This document shows, one piece after another, positions 1 to 12,994 of a DNA stretch of 64,000 nt. A program made the position numbers and the translations under genes. This DNA comes from Parasitella parasitica NRRL 2501 (Eukaryota; Fungi; Mucoromycota). How positions within the stretch are numbered: the stretch's first letter is position 1; every line of letters starts with the position of its first letter. The notes under the pieces were generated by a model that ran no database searches, had not been told where the DNA came from, and saw nothing but the letters and a program-made list of their open reading frames with translations. The stretch spans positions 273,571-337,570 of the forward strand of contig MU619240.1 of NCBI GenBank assembly GCA_025201805.1. Direction: 5' to 3'.

Positions 1-378
1 TTGCCCCTGTTTTTTTTTCCTATGATTGTAGGGGATGGAATAGGTCGTCAACTTAATGCTGGAACGTTTTAACGAAAACATTAATTGGGTATACACTTCG
101 AAAAGAAAAGCATCATGTTTATCAGCGTTGATACAGCGCACATATTTCCATGGCTACGATCTGGGTATGTGACACAAATTATCATCATAATGCAAACTGT
201 CTTTATTTTCACTTCTCCTACTTTATCTTCTTCTCTTTTTACGAAACCTTCAATATTACTATTGCTTACAGACGCAACAAAAAAAGCTGGTAAGACTCAA
301 TCGATTCAAAATGATAGATGCGAATTCAATTTAAGTAGTTTATGTATTGTTAAGTTACTGTCGCGATAAATATCAAAT

Positions 379-730
379 TCATTTGCCACGCCTGTTTTGA
401 TAGTCTTGCCACTTTTTAAAGTAAACGGTGGAAATTTGATAAATGCCCACCAATCTAGTTCTAAAATTATGTAATCTCCAGACGATGTGCAAAACACATA
501 CGCAAGTTGCCTTGTCTTCGCTTAACGGCAGGCTAAATAGCCCAAAACCAGAATGAACAGCCCTCATTCCCCATTCAGCTGCCTGTCTGTGCTTCGTAAT
601 GGCCTTGAAACGCTCAAGTGTTTCTTCATCTAATATCAAATCATTCATCTCATTTTTCTTGGGAGCCCGAGGAACTTTTCTTTATATTTGATTGAATTAG
701 GAAACCCAGCATCTGCTAGCAAAGGCTCGT
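379..730 (-). pseudogene. PIF/Harbinger (DDE_Tnp_4-like) transposase remnant, C-terminal part
   Basis: The minus strand near 700-727 reads PLLADAGFP (second catalytic D region). ORF 379..648 reads RQAAEWGMRAVHSGF...LHNFRTRLVGIYQISTVY, typical of fungal Harbinger transposases. The N-terminal part is missing or decayed. Confidence 0.7.
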
Positions 731-1161
731 TCAAACATTGATGAACGCCTGGATAATAGAGGAAAATTTTGAGAAGGTTCGTATCAAATTATAGCAAACT
801 ATAAAACTTAGATTTTACTGAGACATTTTGGTTCGATTTTAGCTCAATGGCTTGTTACAGTTGATGTACAAGAAAGTAAAATTACTACTTTATAATATTG
901 ATCTAAGGTTAAGTTTTGAGGTGGTTTTGTTTACAAATAATGCAGATGAACGAAAACACACGAAGCAAAGGTAAGGATGAAAATGAGGACGAAGACTAAG
1001 ACGAAGAAAAAAATGGGAAAATGGAAATGTTAAGGATGTCAAGAGCAAAAGCCCAAAGCGTGATTATATGCTGTGCAGTGTTGAGAATGTATCTAAAAAA
1101 AAAAAAAAAAAAGTCAGTAAATCGCCTATTTCTAGAGTCAATAGCCATCAAGCGTCAACAA

Positions 1162-1368
1162 GGCTTAGACTGACGCGAAGGCCAGCGGGTCCAGGTCGAA
1201 ACTCAATGAAAATATGGTGGAAGTATGGCTACCAGGCTTAGACTGACGCAAAGGCCAGCGAGTCCGTTTGCCTACAACGTTGGCATATTCAACAATGTGG
1301 TGGAAGTATAGCTACTTGGCTTAGACTGACGCGAAGACCAGCGGGTCCGTTCGCCTACGACGTTGGCA
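1162..1368. repeat. Three imperfect direct repeats with core GGCTTAGACTGACGCRAAGRCCAGCGRGTCC
   Basis: Copies start at 1162, 1235 and 1318. Copies 2 and 3 share further flanks (TGGTGGAAGTATRGCTAC upstream, GTTYGCCTACRACGTTGGCA downstream). Confidence 0.9.
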
Positions 1369-3550
1369 CGCGTACTTTTGACCGTTTTACTGAGTAAATT
1401 TAAAGAAGAAAACTAACCTTTTATTTCACCTAGAATTTGCACAATTGAAGAATGAAAAAAGTAAAAAGAAAAGAAGGAAAAAGGATAAAAAAGAATCTCA
1501 CAAAAATGACTTATCAAGCCGAAAGTATTGAGAAATAACAACTTTGACGAAAAAAATCATTTCATACAATAAAGTGTAAACACTGATTTTCAAATGTGAG
1601 ACTTCTCCAGTGGAAAAAATACAAACAAGTGAAAGAATAGCAAGAGAGCGAAAGAATTACTGTATTGGACTTGCGCATAAGGGTATTAATTATTCGACAA
1701 ACTGTATTTTTGTAGACAAAAAGAGGCAGCGAAAAGGGTTGAATCTACTATTTTGAATTTAGGATGTGATGTAGAAGCCTGCAATTGGTGGCCAATATTT
1801 CATGATATTATAGACCTTTTAAATGGTGATTTGCCAGTTCTACCGAGAAGCTTTACCTATTCTCTTGCGAAAAGGTGTTTTAATTTTCATTTAAAACATG
1901 CATACATATTTATAAAATCGAGCATTTGGCAATGCAAATCAAAAAGAAAAAAAAAAAAAGGTAAAATTAAGCTACACAGTGGGGTTGTGGTATGGAGTGT
2001 CTACACGCCAAACACAAAAAGGTTGACATGCTAACCGCAAAAACCTCTCAAAAAGTGTAGCTTTCAAAAACAAAGAGTCAAGGCAACAACACAACTGATA
2101 TTCCTGCTTTTCACTGTTCAATGGCGGTATACTGCACTTGTAGATAATGGGTGCTCCGACTTTGAAAACTACTGAAAAATGTACTCTAATTGTGCATATA
2201 AGACATGCATTAAATGATTTCCTGAAGCCTTATTTATCATCTGGTTTCGTTTTTAAACTATTGCAACTAGCCCAATGAAGCTTTTGGGCGTGTTTTGTTG
2301 TATATGAAATCAGTTATGACAATCAAATAATAGCGTGTTAAATCAAAAAAGTTCTACCTTGCTAGCAGTTTCAACTTCAACATCAGAAAACCTAAAAACA
2401 ATTTATGCTTGGTCATGTCGCACCAAAGGAAGCTTTCGCGTTTTTGATCTGTAATCATAATTATGTATACCATGATTGCGAAAAGACTTTGCGCTGACTT
2501 TTTCCTCTCCTTCAACCACATGAAATGGAAACTGATTTTGACTGGCCAGATCAATCAAAAATAGCTCAGAAGCGTCAATGATACTTTGCAAAGACATTTT
2601 TAAATCGATATAGTCAAAAAACAACACTCAAGTACGATCCGTTCAAATTCGGCACATGCACTTGGTTATACACGTATTGAAGCAGCTTTTAAGTGTCAAT
2701 CTGCTGTAATAGTAGAGGAAGCGTAAATTTGAACATTTGAGATTATAATTCATTTTGTCCGTCCAAAAAACTTGATAAAATATTTATCATGGGATGAAAA
2801 GGATCATTCGTCATGTCAAATAGAAAGGAATATCAGACTTGAGCTTCCTGATAAGCTTCAAATGCCAAATTATGTAATATACAATAGGATAAAGGATTTG
2901 AAATCATAATTATTCATTGAAAAAGATCGTTTTTAGCATAATATAAGATTTTTGTGATACAAAATCAAAGCACCAACAGAAAAAAAAAATTGAGTTTGAC
3001 AAAGCCTACAACCCCACATTAAGTGTCACTACTTTACCCGTAAATTACATTACTGTATTACCTTGTATTTTCACACAATCGAAATTGATTACAAAATATG
3101 AAATGAGTCCAAGGGATAATAGTTTATGTATGAAGCCAACGGAACCTTTTCCGTGCTCAAAANNNNNNNNNNAAAAAAAAAAAAAAAAAAAAAAAAAAAT
3201 AAACCATCTGATTTTTCATTGTAAATTTTGTATTATAATACTAGGCGTACAATATCAAATAAACTCTATCTAGAAAAGAAAAAAAGAATCATACGACAAT
3301 ATGTAGGTTTTTCAGGCTACTAATACTAGATAAAATCACTGGCACAAGCTGGAAAGCTTTTCGACATATCGGATAACGAACTGATCGACCTTTTAAAACT
3401 ATAAAAATTAACACACACGCAAATTTCCGAAGCTTAAAGTGGGGGAGCGTTGTACATCGTTCGATAAATGGTGTAAGAAAGACAGAGGAATGCCTTTTTT
3501 TTATTATAGGAAAAGCTATTTTTCCCACCCTTTTTCTCTTCACGCCCGAG

Positions 3551-5980
3551 TTAAAAGTCGTCTTCGTTTTCAACATCCCAGTCATCTAATAAAGATTCAC
3601 TCTCTTTTTTCATGGCGGCTAATCCCGTAATTTCTTCCAAATAAAGTGGGTCCTTCAATACTTGCTTGACAAAACTCAGATGATCCTCGTTATAGGCCTT
3701 CAAAATCTGATAGTTGTATGAGATAATTAGGATAAATGCATGGCAAATAAGCAAGATTCATACCTTTTCTGAACATGCGGTACATTTTTCATATGCTTGT
3801 CCCGCTATCAACATGTTGCTAAATTGCCCAAGAAAGCCGCGTATCTGATGTGGAAGCAAACCCAGAATAGAACCAAGGGATTGAGTTTGGTTACTTGACG
3901 TATCAGCTTTGGCATTGATCCTTATCACAAAATGAGTTAGTTTTGATTGCCCGCTGTGCTTTGCGCCTGCTACTTTACCCATCTGGATGTTGAAGTAATG
4001 ATACCATGAGTTCAACAGCGAGTGCTCCCGCAATAGCTGCTAAGCCTGGCCTGGTCACTGTACATTGTTGATCCAAGGTGCGGTCCCTAAGAGACTATCA
4101 AAAAAGGTTTAGTCCTTCGAAAGAAAAGAGATAGAAGTCTTGTCTTACATCAGTAGGTGCAACAATGTCATTGCAGAAATAGCAACCTAGTTCCTCTTGC
4201 TGGTGTTTTTGTTGACGTGCTCCATGTCTCATGACAAGATATGTGTCAAATCCCAAGGCGCTGTTGATAACAATTTTGTTGTACTTTGTGGCCAACAAGG
4301 TAGGGAACCATCGGCTTTCTCTGCTATCAGTCAATAGAAATACAACATCATGATCTGATACCAATCCACTCAGGATATCAATGTCTTGAGCTAATCGTTC
4401 GTCTGAAGTCTGAGCATGGTGGCCAGGCATAGGTATCGATAAATCGTAACCTTCAGATACGACCGTTGGCTGGATCGTCTTCAAACTTTTAGCTGCAGCT
4501 TTGGCTTTCACTGATCCGCCATGTAGAGAGTCCTCAAATTGATACAGTGCCTGACGCACAGGATTAGAAAAGGACACTTTACCATTGTCTACGAACGATA
4601 TATGGCGCACGCCCCAGCCCTATAGCCCTGTGAGTTGAGGTGTCGTCAAGCACGGATAAAACTTACAATTAGACATCTGGCTACATAACATCCAAGAGTT
4701 CCCGCACCAAGTAGTAGACATTTCGTATGCTTAATCTTTTCCAAATCAAGGTCAGGCATCAAGCGCCATCTCATCAATTTTAGATTAAGGTCCACAGAGG
4801 TATCGGCTAGTCTATTGATTTGTTATTGTTGTTGTCATAATTGTCGACCATATTATTAGTTTGTTTATGATACCTTGTTGGATCCATCAATGGGCCCAGA
4901 TCAGCCATTCTGGGACCAAGTTTACCTTGCACGTTCCGTTCCCACCCCACAGATTTCAGACCTACAGACAATGAATATGAGTCTATGAAAACATACACCA
5001 GCAACAGCACTTACCGTCATAAGAGGCTGTTTCTGGTAACTGGACTTCTATGATAAATGAGGAGTCGATTTGATGCGGACGCCAACATAGTACAGATACT
5101 TTTTGAAGTTTGAATACTGTGTATACAAGATAGAGTAGATTTCGCAGCGGCCATCCAGGACCATCGGCAGAAGTGGCAGGATCGATGAAGCCAATGATGC
5201 ACTAACATATAAAAACGTCAGACATTACTTTAAAATATAGATATCTATCTCATATTTTTACATCTTTGCTATCAAATTCGCTTAGTGGTAGTACATGCTG
5301 GTTGTTCTTTATCGTGAAAAACGGCCAATTGTTTTTCATGCTTTTGATCGATTCCATTAAATCCATGCCAATGGCGTCCTGTTTATGCAGCAGAATCCAT
5401 GGTTGAGTTGGCATCAATGCAGGAAAACCAAACCAATGATAAAACTTGTATTTTTTTAAATCGGCAAATGTGAGCAATAAAAAGCTTGCCAATTCATTTG
5501 GATCTCTTAGCGCTTGGCCAGTTTGAACTGCATTTTGGATCTAGGTAGGATATTTAAGAATTTTCCCATATACTCTATTCATTCCTCGGCTTAATTACCT
5601 TTTCTGTTACTTGTTGAAACAATTGGTTCTTATCAATCGTGCGAAATTCCTCAACAGTATTTGTATTAACCAGTGTTCCTTTACAGCCATAATACCCTAT
5701 CTTTCTATGAGACAAATTAATGCAAAATAATTTATTTTTTTTAGCAAAACACAAACATATGAGATTCTTCTTCCAATCCTTCTGCAGGAATATGAAAGCG
5801 ACTTGGAATATTTATTGTTTCATTCTTTTCATTCATTGCCGTGGTTACATGTGTATAATACCCATGAATCACTTGCGATTCTGATGATAATTTAAGTACA
5901 TTTAGTTTCTTTTCTACAAGAGATTGCCAAAATGATGCATCCACTGATGAGTTAAATGGGGTAAATTTTAATATATTCAT
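3551..5980 (-). CDS. ATG7: Ubiquitin-like modifier-activating enzyme Atg7 (multi-exon)
   Basis: N-terminal [88 protein letters not shown] (catalytic Cys), CTACS, acidic tail ...NEDDF*; GT-AG introns. Confidence 0.96.
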
Positions 5981-7204
5981 GTAGATAAAAAAAAAAGAGA
6001 GAGATACAAAAAAGAAGGGCTTGCGTAATTGCGGCGGGCCTCACCCCCCACTACACTTTATTGCTTATAATCTGTTGTGAGTGCGTGTGCATTATGTGAG
6101 AAAAACTTTCTGTGTGTGATTCAGTATTATCTTGTGACTGTAATAGAGCGGTTTGTCATGACAACAACAATTCCCATGACAGCAATGATTCAACAATATA
6201 ATGCAAAGAGTAACATGACAGGCCAGAAATCAAGGAGAGGATGTATAAAATGTTATATGTAAACGGATGGAATAGGGAGCTGATCAATTTGAAATAATGG
6301 GGGGAGAAGGTATAAACTATTTCACGTGCATCGTATATCATCTTGATTTAGGTTGTGTGCAAATTTATAACAAATATTGCAAAATGTCAAGTATATATGT
6401 GTGAAAACAGCACGTATCTTGATTGGACAGTGAAGTAGTGTCAAAAATTTGCACAGATGAAATTCAGTGATTTTCATATGATAAAATAATTTTTTTGAAG
6501 ACGAGTTGGTAAGATAATTGCTATCATGGTGAAATTGCGTGATGTATATTTGGAATGACATTGTAATGATAATGAAGTAAAATAAACGCGGAATGTTTTT
6601 GTGAGGCAAGTGTGTAGAGGGCATTGCCGACGATCTGGAATTGATTTACCCCACAACAGACACTCACATAAATGCGCACACGGGAGGGGGGGGGGTAATA
6701 ACCTATGAACAAGGGGAATATAGAAGGAGAAGGAAAGAATAGGAGATATTTTTATTTTTGATATGGACATAGATAAGAAAAAAAAAAAAGGTTCATTGTA
6801 ATATACACAACCTTTTACTTCTGAGCCTTGTCTCTTTCATTGCTAGCCAACACGCTATCATATATTTATGATTGCTGCCATGATCCATGTATATTTTGTT
6901 TATATCATATATATTCAAGGACTCTAAATTTTAACGTGTGAAATACTATGAAAAATCAGGGATTGCCATAATTGGGTTATCAACATCCCTCATCTTTTCG
7001 GATGTGTGGAGAAAAGTTTTTTTGCTATTGTAAGCATGTCTTACAGCCAATGCCTCCCATTACACCCCCCATCAAACTGTTATCTCAGCCATCATCAAAC
7101 CCCACTTACCCAATTTGTCATTTTCCATAGAGTATATAAACCCTGCGCTTTCTCACCCTTTGAAACGCATTTCTTTTCTTTTTTGTTTTTTAATTACATA
7201 CATT

Positions 7205-7933
7205 ATGACCACATTTATTCAAACCTCCACAATGCATCTTTCTTGTCCCAAGAGAGCTATTCCACCCGTTGACAAGGCCAACATCCCTAGACCTTATAAA
7301 TGCCCTATCTGCCCAAAGTCTTTTTATAGGCTTGAGCATCAAACCCGTCATATTCGTACACACACTGGCGAAAAACCTCATCAATGTACATTTCCAGGCT
7401 GTGCAAAGAAGTTCTCACGTTCTGATGAGCTAACTAGACATGTCCGTATTCACACATCGCCAAACAAGAGACGTGCACGCAAAGCAAAGCTGGCCAAATC
7501 AGCTCAACAGCAACAACAGCAACAGCAGCAACAACAGCCTGTCATGCTTGTTGCCAGATCCTTACCTCCTTCGCCAGCTCTTTCTGCAAGCTCCAACTTT
7601 TCGTCTCATCATTCAGATATCGAAGAAATGCTATTTACACCTGACCAGTCTCCCACTCTCTCTCCCACTGCCATTCTATCGCCCATTGGGTCGCCTAAAA
7701 TGTCCCTGTTCAAATTAGCACCATTGGAGTGCAATCAGTTTGATCCTGTTTCCACTCGCTCCAATACCTGCACCCAACCAAGCTTAATGGATCTCTTGAA
7801 TTGCCCTCCCCAAGCCCGAGTGTTGCCTCCTATTAGCGGCGTATCCCACTTCATGCCCTCTTACAATGCTGCTGCTGCTGCTGCTGATTCAACATCTTCG
7901 TTACCTTCAATTCATTCTGTTGTTCAATTTTAA
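7205..7933 (+). CDS. creA: CreA/Mig1-type C2H2 carbon catabolite repressor
   Basis: Tandem fingers [55 protein letters not shown], a poly-Q tract, and C-terminal LPPI/LPSI motifs. The first ATG is at 7205. Confidence 0.88.
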   Translation: MTTFIQTSTMHLSCPKRAIPPVDKANIPRPYKCPICPKSFYRLEHQTRHIRTHTGEKPHQCTFPGCAKKFSRSDELTRHVRIHTSPNKRRARKAKLAKSAQQQQQQQQQQQPVMLVARSLPPSPALSASSNFSSHHSDIEEMLFTPDQSPTLSPTAILSPIGSPKMSLFKLAPLECNQFDPVSTRSNTCTQPSLMDLLNCPPQARVLPPISGVSHFMPSYNAAAAAADSTSSLPSIHSVVQF

Positions 7934-10360
7934 ATACTATTTCACATCATATCACACAATTTTATATATTTAACATCCCCCACTCTTTTCTTATTTCATT
8001 ATTATGTAGACTCTTATTTTTTCCAATTAATTCAACACTGTATAGAATCAATGCAACAAGCACACAGCGCACACATTAGCAATTATTATATATCAAACCC
8101 TACTCTCTTTTTTTTTATGTACATAATAAACATGGTTCAAAGATACTCATTTTCTCTCGTTCCAATGTGTGTAATATGAATTATCCGAATTTACCCTAAA
8201 TTTAAAGATCCTTCAACTACTACCCAGATTCTCCCGTTTTAATTTTCCACCCTGTTTGCTTATCTAAAGAAACTTTTAATTGGATAAAGCACCGGTTCTT
8301 CTCAGGGTTGTGAGAGTGTAAACGCACGTGGGATAATACCATCCATACTTTTATTGGATGATACAGCAAGGGTGGCCTCCCCACATACGTGAATGATACA
8401 GACTCATTGGATGTTTGTTTAATCTCTCACCATCTTCACCCCGCACAAGCGTAAAATCCTTCCGTCTCCATTTTTTACCGATGATATATTTCTTTTATTG
8501 GAAGAGGATAAAGCTTTTAGAGTCGTTTAGATGGGTTCATTATCCTGCGAGCTTGCGAAAGACTTAATATGCTGACGATAAATCTATTATCAAAGTCCAG
8601 ACTCAAAATTACGTGATTTTATTATTTGCAATCCATGTTCTTTTTACCAATATTAAACTAAATGAGTCAAAAATGTCATTCACAAATCTCTTCCCCCCCC
8701 CACCCCGAATTCTCGAGATACGGGAAGATGCTGTATAAATATCAAAAAGAGCCCTAGATGATTACGATATCATAAATTTAATATGATAATAGCGTGATTT
8801 TGTACCCAAATGTTTTAATCCAATAAAGTTTGTAGCTTTCCTTCGTTCTCCCCTTGTTTTCCTTGTACGTTTTCCCTTTTCTCACCTTGGAAGTCCAAAA
8901 TCAGTATTGACAGCTGGATGTCGTATCAAATAAGCCTGTGTTTACCTTTTTTTATCACACGGAGGTTGAGATATACAGCAAATACCAGGCTTTTTCCGAT
9001 TCTTTAATCACAACACAAGAAATCGTATCATTTATATGCACGTCTGTGTAACTAATACGTTCCTTATGATAAAATACGATACGGTGAGATCATACCAGAT
9101 GACATATATAAAAGGAAAGTTTTATAGAGCTTCCATTATTCTTTATAATCATATATTCGAAATATTCTACAGAAAATTCCACAATTTGTAGATGGAAGCA
9201 ACTAAAACAACACATATTCCAAGTATAACTGTGCATGTTCGTACTACAGATTTGCAACAACAAAATGCACGAGCAGGCCATCAGGGTGGTACTAGTGGAA
9301 TAAAAATATATTAATGATGACAATAAGAAATTAAATGCTAACCTCTTGCTTGCACAAAAAACATTTAGTGTTTCTTTTTGTATTAAACAAACCCGTAAGC
9401 CATTTGCCAGGGATGAGGTTTTGTATCGCTGCTATTCACAAAATCTACACATATTTTAAAAGAATACTTTTACATGCACGGTGTATCTAGAGGTACCATC
9501 TATCCTCCCATGTAAACGTTTTTACTATCAAAGATAACATGTGAGATACAATCAATATGGATTGTGTGACAATATTTGTTAAAATTACTGGATGTAATCT
9601 ACCCCAAAACATATTTATTATTTTCGTTTATCTTTTCAGTAACTCATGCATATCATTAGCCATGTTTGATTTGAACTGCATACGGATATTTTCTATCAAA
9701 TAGTAGATATTTTCATGTGCAAATTCATAATTCAGCCGCCCTAAGCCATAAATATTGCCTACTACTACCTATCTTTTTTCGTTTACCAAAAACAACATTA
9801 TATTGTTCTCATTTTTACTGACCTCCGCAACAATAGTAATTACGTATGAATGACAAGCTATTGGCTCAAAATTCATTGGAAATTCTCTGGATTGATGCTC
9901 AAGAGCAGTAACAGTTGAATAAAAACTTCTATTCGGAACTGATAAGTGAGATTAAAAAAAATAGATCACTTTTACCTGAATTTTACTTAAAATTAGGTGT
10001 GTCTTATACCTTGTACTGGTATTTCAAATTTTGATTAGTATAGTAATAACCTACGTTTTGGAGGATGGCTTAAACAATATAATGTATGTCATTTGAAGAC
10101 TACGGCAATTCATTTTTGACATTTTCGATTTCCAAATTGGGAAACTCCGCCGCATGCAGGAACAATTCAACTATGATTGGATATTTTTTCAAAGACATAC
10201 AGCTGGCTGTTGAGCCATGGCGTAGTTCTAGGTCTAGGTTTACATCTATAAACATTATGCTCTCAAGTGAATTAGCATAGATAGTAAACTCACAACGCAT
10301 TTTAAACCATGCGGCCATTTTTTTATAGTATATACAATATATAAAATTTATCAAAAGTGC

Positions 10361-12157
10361 TCAAGATTTTATGATAACATCGACAGTTCCTCTACTGATT
10401 CTTGCGCCATCTTTAAACTCTTTTGAATTTGATTCTACAGTTCTTCCAAGACCACTGACAACTTTTTCACGAGAGCCAAGAGCACCAGAAACCAGCAGTT
10501 CTTCAACTAGCATACGACTGTTTTTAATGCAATCAGGGACACTAACACCCATGTAACTAGCACCAGTCAAACTCATCAGATGACCATAATTTTGCTTCAA
10601 AGCGTAGTGAAGTTCGCGCATACGTCCTTCATGACCAACGATATATTGAGGGATACATTTTTTTTGGAGACTGACCATTGAATGTGTTGGTTTATCATGC
10701 AGGTTTAAAAAAGCGTTAACGGCTTTGCGCGCGTAATCGTAAGCTACGCCAGGATCTAGTTCATCAATAGTTGCTTTTCCAAAGGCATCCTCCCAGTCAG
10801 CACCACCAATCATAACAGTGAGCTTTACTGCGCTTGGCTGATCTGTTTCTTGGCCACGCATGGCATTTGAGTCAAAGATGACGCCGAGTGTTCCCGGAAC
10901 GGGAACTTTATACTCTGTATCACGATGAGGAGTAAGAAACCCAAACCCATCATAGCCCAATTTGACGTCTGGAGCAAAGGCAAAATTGACAACAGCTACA
11001 TCAGACGCAGGATTGTAACTCAAATTCGGTAATGAGCTTGATTTGAGCAGCTTCTCAAGCGTAAACGAAGGGATAGTAGAAACAATATGATCAGCATAAA
11101 ACTCGCTGCATCTGGTCTTGATCTAACAATGTTGTTAGTCGACACAAAATTTGTTGATGTTGCAGCAAAAACACGTACTTTACTCTCTTTTCCATTGTCC
11201 AAAGGTTGAATAGACTCAACAGGGTCATTTCGAACGATTTCCACATTAGGGTGTTGTTCTAACCACGATCGAAGACGGTCAGGCAAGGTTTCCATACCAT
11301 CTTTGAAGCCTAATACACTCATTTCTTCCATGCGGCCAAACCATTCAGGATCTTTGTCTCTTGACCTAACAGCCATGCCACGCTCACGCATAGTAGACGT
11401 GTTCGCAGCACCTCTCATCATACCAACAACGACACCACCGTAGTTCTTTTCAGCTTCGTACAACATACGGAGTGTAGATTGAATTGACAATTGCTTTACA
11501 TCACCTGCATAAACACCATGCGCAATAGCACCCATTAAATTGATCGCAGTATGCTCATTGAATCTTCTTTTCATAAAATCGTACATGGATTCATCTTCAA
11601 TTCCATTTTTAGGCTTACCATTTATGAAGCGAGAGCGTCTAAAGGGCTCAAGAGCTCCGGCAAGGATGACAGATTTGAAAACTGGAGGTTTTCTCAACAG
11701 CATTGATACAGGGTCGGATGGAATAGTATTGATTTTACCATTATAATAAATGTAACGGTTTTTAACAGAAGGGTCAGATTTGGGTACCCCAAGCAACTTT
11801 TCATCATTCAAATTGAGGTCTTGAATCTATCGGTATTATCATTTATTAATTAACTGGTGCGTGCGTGAAATGGTACTTGGTTATTACCATTTCCAACAAG
11901 ATGGCGCCATTGGGGCCATCCGGACGTAAACCTCTAGGGCCGGCTTCAAAAAGCATAGAGTCCTTACTGTTTGATAGTTGAGGTTGGTTATCTCGACTGT
12001 ATTGACCAGGAGCCACGCGACGGCTACGAATCCAACCCCCAACACGATCCTCGCCTTCAATCAGTACAATTCTGCTTGTGCCGGAAGCTAAACGTGCTAA
12101 ATAATAAGCAGCGGATAACCCAGAGATCCCACCACCTAATACGGCAATGCAGGACAT
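10361..12157 (-). CDS. HEM14: Protoporphyrinogen oxidase (3 exons)
   Basis: FAD motif IAVLGGGISGLSAAY, RVGGWIRS, FEAGPRGLR, GVYAGD, GFGFLTP, IPQYIVGH, GASYMGVSVPDC. Introns at about 11829-11888 and about 11124-11178. Confidence 0.93.
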
Positions 12158-12994
12158 TTTTTGGTGGATATTTTATTAGTAAATGTAAGAAGGAATCCAA
12201 GAATTGAAAAAGCTCAATCTAAAGTGTATAGAAGAATCTCTGTTGAAGCTCAGCATTTCTACATATATGGAGTATTTGTCTCGGTCGTTGCGATAACATT
12301 GGCCGTATTAGTGAGGACCACTTGATAAAAGGAAGAGGTATCCTAGCAACAAGTAGTATTTGAACAATTTACTTTTTGCGAGTTTGACGCTGCATAAATG
12401 TGTTGAGATGCTAAAAAGGAAACGTACAACTTTTTTCAATTGATTATTCAAGTTATTTATATACATGGATGAAAAACACATTCATGTATCGAATACTCCT
12501 TAAACTACTACTCTAGCATACATTTCATGAAGGTACAATGAAATATAAACAGTTTCCATGATGTGAACTTGATTGTAGTTTGTCAAAAAACTCTTCAGAT
12601 CAGTCACATATCAGTCATCAGTTATAAACCCATTCAATGGATTCAATTCTAAAATTCTTCCCTTTCTTTCTTATACCTATAGCAAACAGAAGCTCAATTA
12701 AAAAAGAAAACTCAAGACAGTAAGCGCAATCACTACAAGATAGTTAATCACTGTGAAAACAAGTATTTAAATAACAAACTAACACAAAAAACCTGACATA
12801 AATTAAAGTAAGGCAGCAATTTCATACATACATCAAATTAATTGAACGCGCGTCTATTGTATTTTATTAGTTCAACTAGCTACCCCTACTTGATTTTTTT
12901 TTATCTCTCTTGCTTCCCTTTCTCAAGACTTTACTAAATAACAATAACCTAACATCAAATACAGAAAAAAACAACCCAAAAAAATATCAGTATT

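Noticed and set aside
1162-1368. CRISPR-like repeat/spacer appearance
   Set aside because: Eukaryotic context, only three copies, the intervening sequences are related to each other, and there are no cas genes.
1969-3017. Short inverted matches (GTGGGGTTGT 1979-1988 / ACAACCCCAC 3008-3017; AAGCTACAC/GTGTAGCTT) around small ORFs 2354-2627
   Set aside because: Only 9-10 bp, with no TSD and no recognisable transposase motif. This could be a decayed element but it is not supportable.
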